A stretch of 62,571 nucleotides of DNA, counting the filler, from Chiloscyllium plagiosum (taxonomy: Eukaryota): assembly GCF_004010195.1 (NCBI RefSeq). It is 3 parts of one record of this genome, joined end to end, with 100 filler letters (N's around TTAATTAATTAA, not from the genome) between each part and the next. Parts side by side here need not be neighbours in the genome. Positions count along the whole stretch, not along the records: positions 23,798 to 55,358 come from NC_057713.1; positions 55,459 to 62,571 come from NC_057713.1; 1 more part is not named here. One strand, given 5' to 3'. Positions 52,637-62,571 of the stretch are shown piece by piece. The notes beneath the pieces are model-generated. The model saw only the letters and a list, made by a program, of their open reading frames with translations. It ran no database searches and was not told the DNA's origin. How positions within the stretch are numbered: position 1 is the first letter of the stretch; each line of letters begins with the position of its first letter. The position numbers were made by a program, and so were the translations under genes.

Positions 52637-54163
52637 GTCAGTACATGTAAATCTGAGACAAATTTTAAAGGGAAACAGCACTATTTTCATTTTATATGTG
52701 TGCCTTATGCCTTCTTTGATCATGTTAATTGGATGAATGTGGAACACTGTAAATGCTGGAGATCTGAAATAAAAGCAAAAATATTTAGCAGATCTAGCAA
52801 CTTTTGTGGAGGCAATAAAACAGAACAAATATTTCAAGTTGAATATACTAATATTCAATTCCCTACTAAGTTCTCAAATTCACCCAAAGTTGCTCCTCTA
52901 AGTTGTGCACCATCCTGGAGCTGTTAACAATGACGTGGTTGTACCAATATGACGATGGTTGTCATTGTTCAAGGTAATTCACCATAATGTTTTCCAAAAT
53001 TAGATAAGAATGAACAAAAAAAAGGTTGATTGATATCCCTGAATCTGTTATTGAAAGTTATTAGGTTCCTGAGCAAAATTCCATTCTTTTACTCATGAAG
53101 ATTAAGACTGTATTTGGAGTATCAGCAATGTTTCCCACAAATAAAGTGCACAACATTAATGAGTTATTTACACAATGCTATTCCAATATCACAGTATTGG
53201 TTTCAAGCGAACAAGCAGGAAACATTGGCTCAACAGGGAATGAATGATGGTCAGAGCCATTTAGGTAGTGCAATCCACAGAAACAGGTAGGAGTGTTAAT
53301 TGGACATAGGACACAGTGAAGGAGCAGCAAACAGCCAGTGTCAGATTGGTGACCTGGGAGAAAATAGATGATACTTAGTGAGGGAGTAACATGCAGCAAA
53401 CCTTCAGCTTACCTCTATTCTAATTATTCAGATAAGTTATAGTTTATATTTTGGTTCCCCATCTTTGATAATAAGTGTGTAAATGTGAGTGGCAAACTTA
53501 CATTTGCAGCCGCAGAAACTGCTCAGAAATTATTTCCTAGCATCAGATGAACATACAAGATCCCAGAACATTATTCAAAGAAAACCAAGGAAATCATCCC
53601 TGCATCCTGGTCAATGTCTATCCCAATTAATTTGGAAATTTGATCTGTTAATATTTGTAGGACTTTTCCATGTAATTGCTACACATACCTACATTACAGC
53701 AGCATCAGAAAAAAATTGTCCTGGTTACTTTTGTTGCTGACTGTAGAGCCTTCAGTACTGTGCAGAATTTCCTGACCAAGCAAGTATCCAACTAATTGAT
53801 ATCCAAATCCCTGATAATATTTCTGTATAGTTGTTTTCAAAGTATTTATGTTGTATCCTGGTTTCAGGCCTTTGATAAACCTGAAAATTCTTTGGACACT
53901 AGTGGGTAAGTGTGTGTGGACTTGGTCATTTATCTTTCCTTTCCTTTGTAAAGGTTAATCAGTTGAGTGCTACTTATTGAATCCCCTGATGGACCTGGTA
54001 AAATCAGATAACTAAAATAGAGAAATCCATGCTGAATCTCCATTCTTGTGTTTCAACGTATTTTACCAAGATTATGCAATCATTACGCTGTATTCAAATA
54101 TTAAATTAATTCTCAGCATTATTTTACTTGTATGTTTTAAACATCAAATTGTTCTTGTCGCAG

Positions 54164-54278
54164 TGAATCATTTTACTGCTGTCTATGTGCCCAGTCTGTG
54201 ATGACACCGTTTACAAAAATGCAATTGGAAGTATTTCTGCAGTATCCAGACCTACCCCATAGTACCATAAAAATCAAG
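54164..54278 (+). CDS. SPIDR: SPIDR coding exon H (SESFYCCLCAQSVMTPFTKMQLEVFLQYPDLPHSTIKIK)
   Basis: ttcttgtcgcag acceptor, AAG|gtaaca donor, 115 nt, phase 2/0. Matches SPIDR FSCGDC..VV.P..K.HLQVFL...VKVK and carries the second CxxC. Confidence 0.92.
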
Positions 54279-54394
54279 GTAACAGTTATTCACTTCTGGT
54301 TTCCAGATTATCCATTCACTGTGATAAAGTATAATGCAGTGTTGAAATATTACCTTAAATAATTACAAGATTTCTACATTGAAGAAAAATCTGT

Positions 54395-55010
54395 GCAAAG
54401 CTTGTAGCTCAGGTTGAGGTTTAGGGTATAGGTTTGCTCGCTGAGCTGTAGATTTGATATCCAGACGTTTCATTACCTGGCTAGGTAACATCATCAGTGG
54501 CGACCTCCAAGTGAAGCGAAGCTGTTGTCTCCTGCTTTCTATTTACAAAATTCCATGCAAGGACTGCAAGAAACACTACGTAGGACAAACAGGAAGAAAG
54601 TTAGTCACCAGGATACACTAACACCAGCTAGCCACAAAAAGACACAACCCTCTCTCCCTCGTAGCCCTACACACAGAGGCAAAAAAACCACCATTTCGAC
54701 TGGGACAACACATCTATCCTGGGACAGGCTAAGCAAAGACATGCCAGAGAATTCCTAGAGGCCTGGCACTCCAACCACAACGCCATAAACAAATACATAG
54801 ATCTAGATGCCATCTATCAACCCCTCAGAAAACGAACAGGAAATGACATCACCACAAACCCCAGGAACCCCATCCAGGAGAAAGATATAAATAGAAAGCA
54901 GGAGACAACAGCTTGGCTTCACTTGCAGGTCGCCACTGATGATGTTACCTAGCCAGGTAATGAAACGTCTGGATATCAAATCTACAGCTCAGCGAGAAAA
55001 CCTACACCCT
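54395..55010 (+). mobile_element. Penelope-like element 3' fragment with an inverted terminal copy
   Basis: YKIPCKDCKKHYVGQTGRKL GIY-YIG. About 125-bp inverted arms (54420-54545 / 54888-55013). TSD aaaaatctgt. Confidence 0.9.
54933..54972 (+). ncRNA. Minimal hammerhead ribozyme
   Basis: CCA-CUGAUGA-U-GUUACCU-AGCC-AGGUAAU-GAAA-CGUC-UGG: helix I CCA/UGG, 7-bp helix II, GUC site. Mirror copy on minus at 54461-54500. Confidence 0.7.
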
Positions 55011-55085
55011 AAAAATCTGTTTATTATAAATGTCCTGCTGGAGTCTACAAAGGCTGAAATCATGTATCAAAGGGTTGAATGTTTA

Positions 55086-55358
55086 CAAGATAATACATTG
55101 CTTGGAGAGGGTGGACGCTAGGAAATTGTTTCCGTTAGGCGAGGAGACTAGGACCCGTGGACACAGCCTTAGAATTAGAGGGGGTGAATTCAGAACAGAA
55201 ATGCGGAGACATTTCTTCAGCCAGAGAGTGGTGGGCCTGTGGAATTCATTGCCACAGAGTGCAGTGGAGGCTGGGACGCTAAATGTCTTCAAGGCAGAAA
55301 TTGATAAATTCTTGATGTCACAAGGAATTAAGGGGAGAATGTGGGTAAGTGGAGTTGA
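55086..55358 (+). mobile_element. Young CR1 3' end
   Basis: RTRGHSLRIRG..FRTEMRRHFFSQRVVGLWNSLPQ. Confidence 0.88.
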
Positions 55359-55458
55359 NNNNNNNNNNNNNNNNNNNNNNNNNNNNNNNNNNNNNNNNNN
55401 NNTTAATTAATTAANNNNNNNNNNNNNNNNNNNNNNNNNNNNNNNNNNNNNNNNNNNN
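55359..55458. other. Assembly gap with artificial TTAATTAATTAA linker
   Basis: 44 N + 12 nt + 44 N. Confidence 0.95.
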
Positions 55459-57724
55459 TACTGCCTTTGCTGTTTGAATTCGTGTATCGCTGGACATCAG
55501 AGTGCATCTGGGAAAATTAACAAACAGTGGAATTCACAGCTAATCTTGGAGGAACTGTTGGGCGAAGTTCACAGCACAGAATATGTTAATTTTTGTTTTA
55601 AGTCTGTCCAATAGAAAGGCTGCAGTAGTGGGTACAGTGGATTCTTTCTTGATGATATGTTTTAGGAGTTAAGTCTCTTGATTAAACTTATAATATAAGC
55701 CATAGCTATTAATTTAACCTGGAACAGTGTTTGTAGAGGAATAAGACGGTGTTATTTTCTGGGTCTGTAGATTGTGAAGGAGCAAAAATAGCCTTTGCAG
55801 TGATATGTACTTCTTGTCAGATGTGGGAGTTTAAAGAGAGTTTCAGGGTTACTGAGGATTATATCTGCCATAAATGCTGTTGGATGCAAATCTTATCAGA
55901 TCAAGTGGATCGGTTGGAGAGACAAATAGTCGCGATGAGGAATTTGCAGCAGCTACAGTATGTGGTGGATGGCAGTTATGGAAAGGGGGGAAAGTCTCAG
56001 ATACAGCCACATAGATGGGTTAACTCCAGGAAGGGTAAGGGAGGTAGCCAGCTTGAGCAGGAGTCTTTTGTGGATATGCCTATTTCAAATAGGTATGCTG
56101 TTTTGGAAAATGTAGGGGGTGATGGATTCTCAGAGAAACGTAGCACAAACAGCCAAGTTTCTGGTATTGAGACTGGCTCTAATGCAACGAGGGGTTCGTC
56201 AGCTTCCAAGAGATCAATTGTGTTAGGGGATTCTCTAGTTCGAGGTACAGACAGACGTTTCTGTGGCCAGCAGAGAAAAAGCAGAATGGTGTGTTTTTTC
56301 CCTGGTGCTAGGATCAAGGATGTCTCAGAGAGGGTGCAGAATGTTCTCACAGGGGAGAGGGGCCAGCAGGAGTCATTGTCCACATTGGAACCAACGACAT
56401 TGGAAGGGAAAAGGTTGAGACTCTGAAGGGAGATTACAGAGAGTTAGGTAGAATTTTAAAAAGGAGGTCCTCAAGGGTAGTAATATCTGGATTACTCCCA
56501 GTGCTACGAGCTAGTGAGGGCAGGAATAGGAGGATAGAGCAGATGAATGCATGGCTGAGGAGCTGGTGTATGGGAGAAGGATTCACATTTTTGGATAATT
56601 GGAAGCTCTGTTTGGGTAAAAGTGACCTGTACAAGAAGGACGGATTGCAACTAAATTGGAAGGGGACTATCATACTGGCAGGGACATTTGCTAGAACTGC
56701 TTGGGAGGATTTAAACTAGTAAGGTGGGGGGGTGGGACCCAGGGAGATAGTGAGGAAAGAGATCAATCGGAGACTGNNNNNNNNNNNNNNNNNNNNNNNN
56801 NNNNNNNNNNNNNNNNNNNNNNNNNNNNNNNNNNNNNNNNNNNNNNNNNNNNNNNNNNNNNNNNNNNNNNNNNNNNNNNNNNNNNNNNNNNNNNNNNNNN
56901 NNNNNNNNNNNNNNNNNNNNNNNNNNNNNNNNNNNNNNNNNNNNNNNNNNNNNNNNNNNNNNNNNNNNNNNNNNNNNNNNNNNNNNNNNNNNNNNNNNNN
57001 NNNNNNNNNNNNNNNNNNNNNNNNNNNNNNNNNNNNNNNNNNNNNNNNNNNNNNNNNNNNNNNNNNNNNNNNAATTTTTCTGATTCAGTATGTGGATGTA
57101 CCTACTAGAGAAGGTGCAAAACTTGACCTACTCTTGGGAATTAAGGCAGGGCAGGTGACTGAGGTGTCAGTGGGGGAGCACTTTGGGGCCAGCGACCATA
57201 ATTCTATTTGTTTTAAAATAGTGATGGAAAAGGATAGACCAGATCTAAAAGTTGAAGTCCTAAATTGGAGAAAGGCCAATTTTGACGGTATTAGGCAAGA
57301 ACTTTCGGAGCTGATTGGAGGCAGATGTTCGCAGGTAAAGGGATGGCTGGAAAATGGGAAGCCTTCAGAAATGAGATAACAAGATTCCAGAGAAAGTATA
57401 TTCCTGTCAGGGTGAAAGGGAAGGCAGGTAGATATAGGGAATGCTGGATGATTAAAGAAATTGAGGGTTTGGTTAAGAAAAAGAAGGAAGCGTATGTCAG
57501 GTATAGACAGGATAGATTGAGTGAATCCTTAGAAGAGTATAAAGAAAGTAGGAGTATACTTAAGAGGGAAATCAGGAGGGCAAAAAGGGGACATGAGATA
57601 GCTTTGGCAAATAGAATTAAGGAGAATCCAAAAGGGTTTTACAAATATATTAAGGACAAAAGGGTAACTAGGGAGAGAATAGGGCCCCTCAAAGATCAGC
57701 AAGGCGGCCTTTGTGTGGAGCCAC
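55459..57724 (+). mobile_element. CR1 LINE 5' half: 5' UTR, frameshifted ORF1 (zinc finger and SGNH/GDSL esterase) and start of ORF2; N gap at 56777-57072
   Basis: CTSC...CHKC, IVLGDSLVRG, FPGARIKDV, IGTND and DLYKKDGLQLN, then ORF2 LDLLL...ASDHNSI...KENPKGFYKYIK. Confidence 0.93.
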
Positions 57725-58771
57725 AGAGTTACAGCATTTATTTCCCTGTATGTCCAGTTTCCCCATGATGTAGTTACAGTGTTTGATCAGGAATCCCTTT
57801 CTGAAGAAGTGCTTATACCCGAAATTCGATTCTCCTGCTCCTCGGATGCTGCCTGGCCTGCTGCACTTTTCCAGCACCACACTTTTCAACTCTAGTCTCC
57901 AGCATCTGCAGTCCTCACTTTCTCCCAGCAACTAGCAATGAATGGCTGCAACAGGGATACTTTGCACAGGATCAGCACTTAGCTCACAGATCGGACCAGG
58001 CTGCATCTTGACTGTTCACCTACTTTTTCAGTACTCATTCCGTTAACACCCTCCTGAATGCTCACATCATCATACCTTCCATTGCCTTCCCTGTTAGTAG
58101 TTCAGCCAGAGAAAATGGGCTCTTTGCACTGCTACATTGACAAGCTCTTTAAGACAAACAGATAGCTCATCAGTAGGAATTAGTCCTGTGGTGGAGGACC
58201 ATCTTGTTTCACGGACACACCTTTGTCAATGAAACAAGCATGTACCAACTGCCTGTGTGCCATTAGCCTTGTCAGATATCGGATTGGAGCTAGTTCTCAG
58301 TCCAGCCAATGGGGGAAGGGATCTCCTGTTGGTCAGTAGTTCTGTGTACTATTAGTCACAGGCAGAGTCAGCACGCAGTTCAGTAACTTTGCGATGGTCA
58401 GTCATGTCTTTGAGCTGCTCATGGTCAGGGTACATGTCTGACTACAGCTGGGGAGTGAGCAGCAGCAGTCAGGGGGGCCGCATATCAGTCAGGGAGTTGC
58501 CGTCAAGTAATGGACACTGGTCAGTGATGTTTAGGGGCTGCCCATTAACTTCAGTCAGAGGTCTGGGGCAGATACCGTCCTGTCTGTCAAATATTCAAGA
58601 TGGTGCAAGTTGGACCGAATGGCCAACAGGGGAATCATAACCAAAAATAGATGGGTGAGTCAAAGGAAACAGAGGCATTTCCGGAGGTGGGGACAAGGGA
58701 ACATGGAGAACTCCAGGTGTAAGGAGATTATGTGGAACAGCATCAAAGCCAAAACAGTAAGATTCAGAAGC

Positions 58772-59222
58772 ATAGCTGGCTTCCTCTGGGTACCATCATT
58801 TATACCTATGTAGCATTGGCAAGCCATATCACAGCACTGCCATTTCATCAACAAGGATGAGTTTCATTCCATTAGCGTTCAGATGATTTGTGATCACTGT
58901 TAACACTTCTTGGAGGTCTGTGCCCACTACCCTGGCCATTGCCACGACTCCTACATCCTGGAGCATTATCATGTACTGGGTGTGTTTGAGGGTCCAGATG
59001 TCTTACAAGGCTAGTTATTAGATGATAAGGGCTACCCACCATGACCATGGCTCACGACACCATTGCGTAACCCCCTGATTGATCCGGAGCATGGATACAA
59101 TTCTGCCCATACGTCGACCAGAGCTGCCGTAATGCAGGCAATATTGAAGACGTGGTTCCACTGCTTGCACTGGTCTGGATATAGTCTGGATCATCCTGGC
59201 ATGCTGTGCTCTGTACAGTTAC
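58772..59222 (+). mobile_element. PIF/Harbinger (HARBI1-like) DDE transposase relic
   Basis: IAGF...TYVAL...FINKDEFHSISVQMICDH...AHYPGHCHDSYIL...LLDDKGYP.*PWLTTP...YNSAHTSTRAAV...IILACCAL, with in-frame stops. Confidence 0.85.
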
Positions 59223-59497
59223 AGCAAACAAATAGAGTGTAATTAATGAGGCAAGTTTGGTGTGATTTGGTGAGAACTCTTTCTAGGCCTTACAGGGAGT
59301 AATACCAAAAACTTGATGCAACTCGCACATTGTCAAAAAAATGTAAGATTGAGCCTTGTAACTCCATCAATGGGAAGCAGGTGAATATTGTAAGTCCATC
59401 ACCAGTGAACTCTTGTTATGATGAGACCCCAAGCGACATGCTCCAAAATGTCACAGTTCCAGGCAAAAGTTTTAATCACCCGGGTGAGAAAGGATGA

Positions 59498-60060
59498 TCA
59501 AAGTTTGTGAGAAGATTTGTAGCTCGGGTGCTCGTTGCTGTGGTTCTGTTCACCGAGCTGGAAGTTTTTGTTGCATATAATGGTAGTGTTGTCCCAGTCA
59601 AATTCATGTTGCTTGTCGTCTGCGTGTGTGGCTACTAGGTCGTGTCGTTTCGTGGCTAGTTGATGTTCGTGGATGCGGATCGTTAGCTGTCTTCCTGTTT
59701 GTCCTATATAGTGTTTTGTGCAGTCCTTGTCCCTAGTAGCCATACACGCAGACGACAAGCAACATGAATTTGACTGGGACAACGCTACCATTATGGGGCA
59801 AGCGAAACAAAAAACAGCCAGGGAATTCCTAGAAGCATGGCACTCATCCACAAACTCCATCAACAAACACATCGACCTGGACCCAATATACCGGCCACTA
59901 CAGCGGACAGCTGAAGCTGACAACCGGAAGCGGCAGGGACAGGCCACTGTAAATGCCGGAGGAAACACCGCAGAAGCGCTTCACAGGAGGCTCCCAAGCA
60001 CTGAGGACGTCACCTAGACAGGGGACGAAACGTTTGCAACAAAAACTTCCAGCTCGGTGA
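59498..60060 (+). mobile_element. Penelope-like element fragment with internal inversion
   Basis: HYIGQTGRQLTIRIHEH on minus and HEFDWDN...AREFLEAWHS on plus. Flanking direct repeat ggtgagaaaggatga (59483-59497, 60056-60070). Confidence 0.9.
59998..60037 (+). ncRNA. Minimal hammerhead ribozyme
   Basis: GCA-CUGAGGA-C-GUCaCCU-AGAC-AGGgGAC-GAAA-CGUU-UGC: helix I GCA/UGC, GUU site. Confidence 0.7.
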
Positions 60061-60892
60061 GAAAGGATGACTCTGCTTTTTTATTCACTCACCCTTCAGT
60101 TGGTCTCAACAAAGTTAATTTAAAAATGAATCCCTTCACCTGTGGATACCTTTCTCCAACATTGAATGAACTTATAATTTAATAAAAGCAAGTTTAACTC
60201 TACTTTCTTGAATTAACAAAGCCCAAGTTTACTAATTATCAAACATGAGAATAATTGGTGACACAAAAGACATATACATAGATTAGAATTAAGAGGTGAG
60301 TCCATAAAGAAAGAAGTAAAAATGAATAGAAATACTGATCAGTTTTGTAATGGTTGCTTGCAGTTGGACAAATGACTTTAGAGATACTTAGTTTTGTAAG
60401 CTGATTGAAGTTCCTTTGTCATGATTCCTTTTTTAAAAGATGCTTTTCAGTACTCGGAGTGAAACACTGTCCAGACTTTCCAATGCAGGAGTTGCTAGCT
60501 CTTCAATTTATTCATATTTCTGTTTTACTTGACTGGCACAGCATTCAAATCAAGGCAGTCACACTCATCCACTCCAGTAGCATTGAAACTGGCTTTTTTA
60601 ATCCTGCCTTTCTATGTTTTGGGGGGAGGGGTGGTAAAACAGGCATGCTTGCAAGACTTCACTCATTATTTATTCTTGTTAAGTCTCTCCCTATTTGAAG
60701 TACAGTACTACAATTTATAGGTGTGATATTCCATTGGCTTAACACAGGACTTTACCATTCTGTCACTGAATGGAAAACCACAGTTTTCTGTCTCAGTCTT
60801 TCTTTTAAAAAAAGTAGAATGAAAAGTTAAGAATGTATATAATTACTTTGGGGTCCTGGTCCATCATGATAACACTTCATTTGGAAACTAGA

Positions 60893-61457
60893 AAAATGCT
60901 GTAACTCTATCACTCGGGAAACAGACAAATACAGACTCAATCAGTAGGGAAACAATTAAAAAAAAGCACTGTAACTCTATGACCAAAGTAATAGATAAAT
61001 ACTGTCACACTGGACCCAAAACATTAACTCTGAATTCTCTCTACAGATACTCTCAGACCTGCTGAGCTTTTCCAACAATTTCTATTTTTGTTTGTGATAA
61101 ATATTGTAATATCACCACCAAGGAAAGAAGAACACTGTAACTCCATCACCAAGGTAACAAGTACCGTCTGTAACTCCATCACTAGGGGGGACAGAAAAAT
61201 ACTGTTACTCCATTATCAGGGAAACAAAGCCAGTCTATAACTTCATCAACAGAAGAACAGATAAATATTACCACTCCATCAGCAGGGAAACAGTTAAATA
61301 CTGTAATTCCATTACCAAGGAAACAGACAAATTGCAGAACTGCACCACCAGGGAAATAGATAAACACTGTAACTCCATTACCAAGGGAATAAACAAATAT
61401 TATAACTCTATCATCAGAGAAACAGTAAAATACTGTAATTTCGTCACAAGGGAAATG
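60893..61457. repeat. Degenerate 33-bp minisatellite (consensus about aaatactgtaactccatcaccagggaaacagat)
   Basis: More than 10 units with 33-nt periodicity, interrupted at about 61010-61095 by a PLE-type fragment. Confidence 0.85.
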
Positions 61458-61491
61458 ATCTTTCTTCATTGAAATTTGCTGAACCTTATTC

Positions 61492-61707
61492 AGAGTTGAA
61501 AAATGTGGTGCTGGAAAAACACAGCAGGCCAAGCAGCATCCGAGGAGCAGGAGAATCGACGTTTCGGGCATAAAGAAGGGCTTATGCCTGAAATGTCAAT
61601 TCTCCTGCTCCTTGGATGCTGTCTGGCCTGCTGTGCTTTTCCAGCACCACATTTTTCAACTCTGGTCTCCAGCATCTGCAGTCCTCACTTTCTCCTAGCT
61701 GATCTGA
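61492..61707. mobile_element. Short fold-back Penelope-derived element
   Basis: Inverted arms of the 5829 family. Flanking repeat aaccttattcaga. Confidence 0.78.
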
Positions 61708-61912
61708 AACCTTATTCAGACTAGTAAATGTAGGATAAATACAATCATTATTAGTTATCAGCACATTAGTCACTTCTCAAACATTAGTGAAGTGATTTAA
61801 AGTGTTATCGACAGTACTATTCATTGTCACCCAGCAAGTACTAATGCTCTGTTTATTTTCTGTCAGCACTGCTTTACTCCTGACTTCTTTACAGCTCAGA
61901 CCAAAGCATGAC

Positions 61913-62571
61913 TGTTGTGAAACTTAAAAGGGTTCAGAAAAGATTTACAAGGATGTTGCCACGGCTGGAGAATTTGAGTGAAAGTGAGAGGCTGAATAGG
62001 CTGGGGCTGTTGTCCCAGGAGCGCCGGAGGCTGAGGTTTATAAAATCATGAGGGGCATGGATAGGGGAAATAGACAAAATCTTTTCCCTGGGGCAGGGGA
62101 GTCCAGAGCTAGAGGGTATAGGTTTAGGATGAGAGGGGAAAGATATAAAAGGGATCTAAGGGACAACGTTTTCAAGCAGAGGATGGTGGTGTATGGAATG
62201 AGCTGCCAGAGGAAGTGGTGGAGGCTGGTACAATTGCAGCATTTAAAAGGCATCTGGATGGGTACATCTGGATCTGTAGCTTTAGGGTGCAGGACCTGGA
62301 GTGTGTAGCTTTAGGGTGCAGCTCCTGGAGTGTAGGGAGGTTAGGAACATGGCATCAATTTCAAAGGAGGGTGTCTGTAAACAGGAAAGTGGCTTGAAGT
62401 ATGTATACTTCAATGCAAGAAGTATACGAAATAAGGTAGGTGAACTTGCAGCGTGGGTTGGTACCTGGGACTTCGATGTTGTGGCTATTACGGAGACATG
62501 GGTAGAACAGGGACAGGATTGGCTGTTGCAGGCACCAGGGCTTAAATGTTTTAGTAGGGTCAGAGGTGGGG
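61913..62571 (+). mobile_element. CR1 3' fragment (to about 62267) abutting a second CR1 ORF2 endonuclease start (from about 62335)
   Basis: RVQKRFTRMLP...; then LKYVYFNARSIRNKVGEL...VVAITETW. Confidence 0.85.

Larger units (their letters stand above)
59414..60874. mobile_element. Possible solo LTR (TGTTAT...ATAACA) containing a nested Penelope insertion
   Basis: Short inverted TG...CA termini, and it interrupts the 33-bp array. No clear TSD. Confidence 0.35.

Noticed and set aside
55749..56719. Host GDSL lipase/esterase gene
   Set aside because: This is CR1 ORF1: frameshifted, with the likely start codon mutated to ATA and directly followed by ORF2.
58772..59222. Domesticated HARBI1 gene
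   Set aside because: Multiple stops, deletions and damaged catalytic motifs mark it as a transposon relic.
60893..61457. CRISPR-like periodic array
   Set aside because: Units are contiguous and degenerate with no unique spacers, there are no cas genes, and the context is eukaryotic.
61490..61773. Overlapping ORFs of the MPETSILLLLGCC type (also at 5606, 8125 and 14268)
   Set aside because: Spurious frames through the fold-back PLE repeat family.
54279..62571. Final SPIDR exons (expected LLQ.SI..LL... and YEV..VLGKEVG-like peptides)
   Set aside because: Candidate acceptors near 59218 and 61893 give no matching peptide. The exons are probably beyond the window or in a gap.

Overview
Repeat-dense eukaryotic genomic DNA from a cartilaginous fish, most likely a shark (inferred from HE1/V-SINEs, SacSINE1-like SINEs and shark-type CR1 LINEs). 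The one host gene is on the + strand: eight phase-consistent GT-AG coding exons (8946-54278, 1039 nt in total) that splice into one open frame encoding most of the C-terminal half of SPIDR (KIAA0146, a homologous-recombination scaffold). The upstream exons and the last coding exons were not found in the window. The introns hold nested CR1 fragments, HE1 and Deu-type SINEs, a decayed Ty3/Gypsy element with a related solo LTR, a young Tx1/L1-clade insertion broken by an assembly gap, a Harbinger transposase relic and a Tigger-like MITE. The most striking non-genic signal is a set of Penelope-like-element insertions from at least four families. They share fold-back architecture, 10-16 bp target-site duplications and minimal hammerhead ribozyme cores, several on the SPIDR sense strand. 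Also notable are two apparent templated-insertion scars, one of which makes a 68-bp perfect stem just upstream of a SPIDR exon. Two 100-nt N gaps contain an artificial TTAATTAATTAA linker. Family names come from recognition of motifs, not from database searches.
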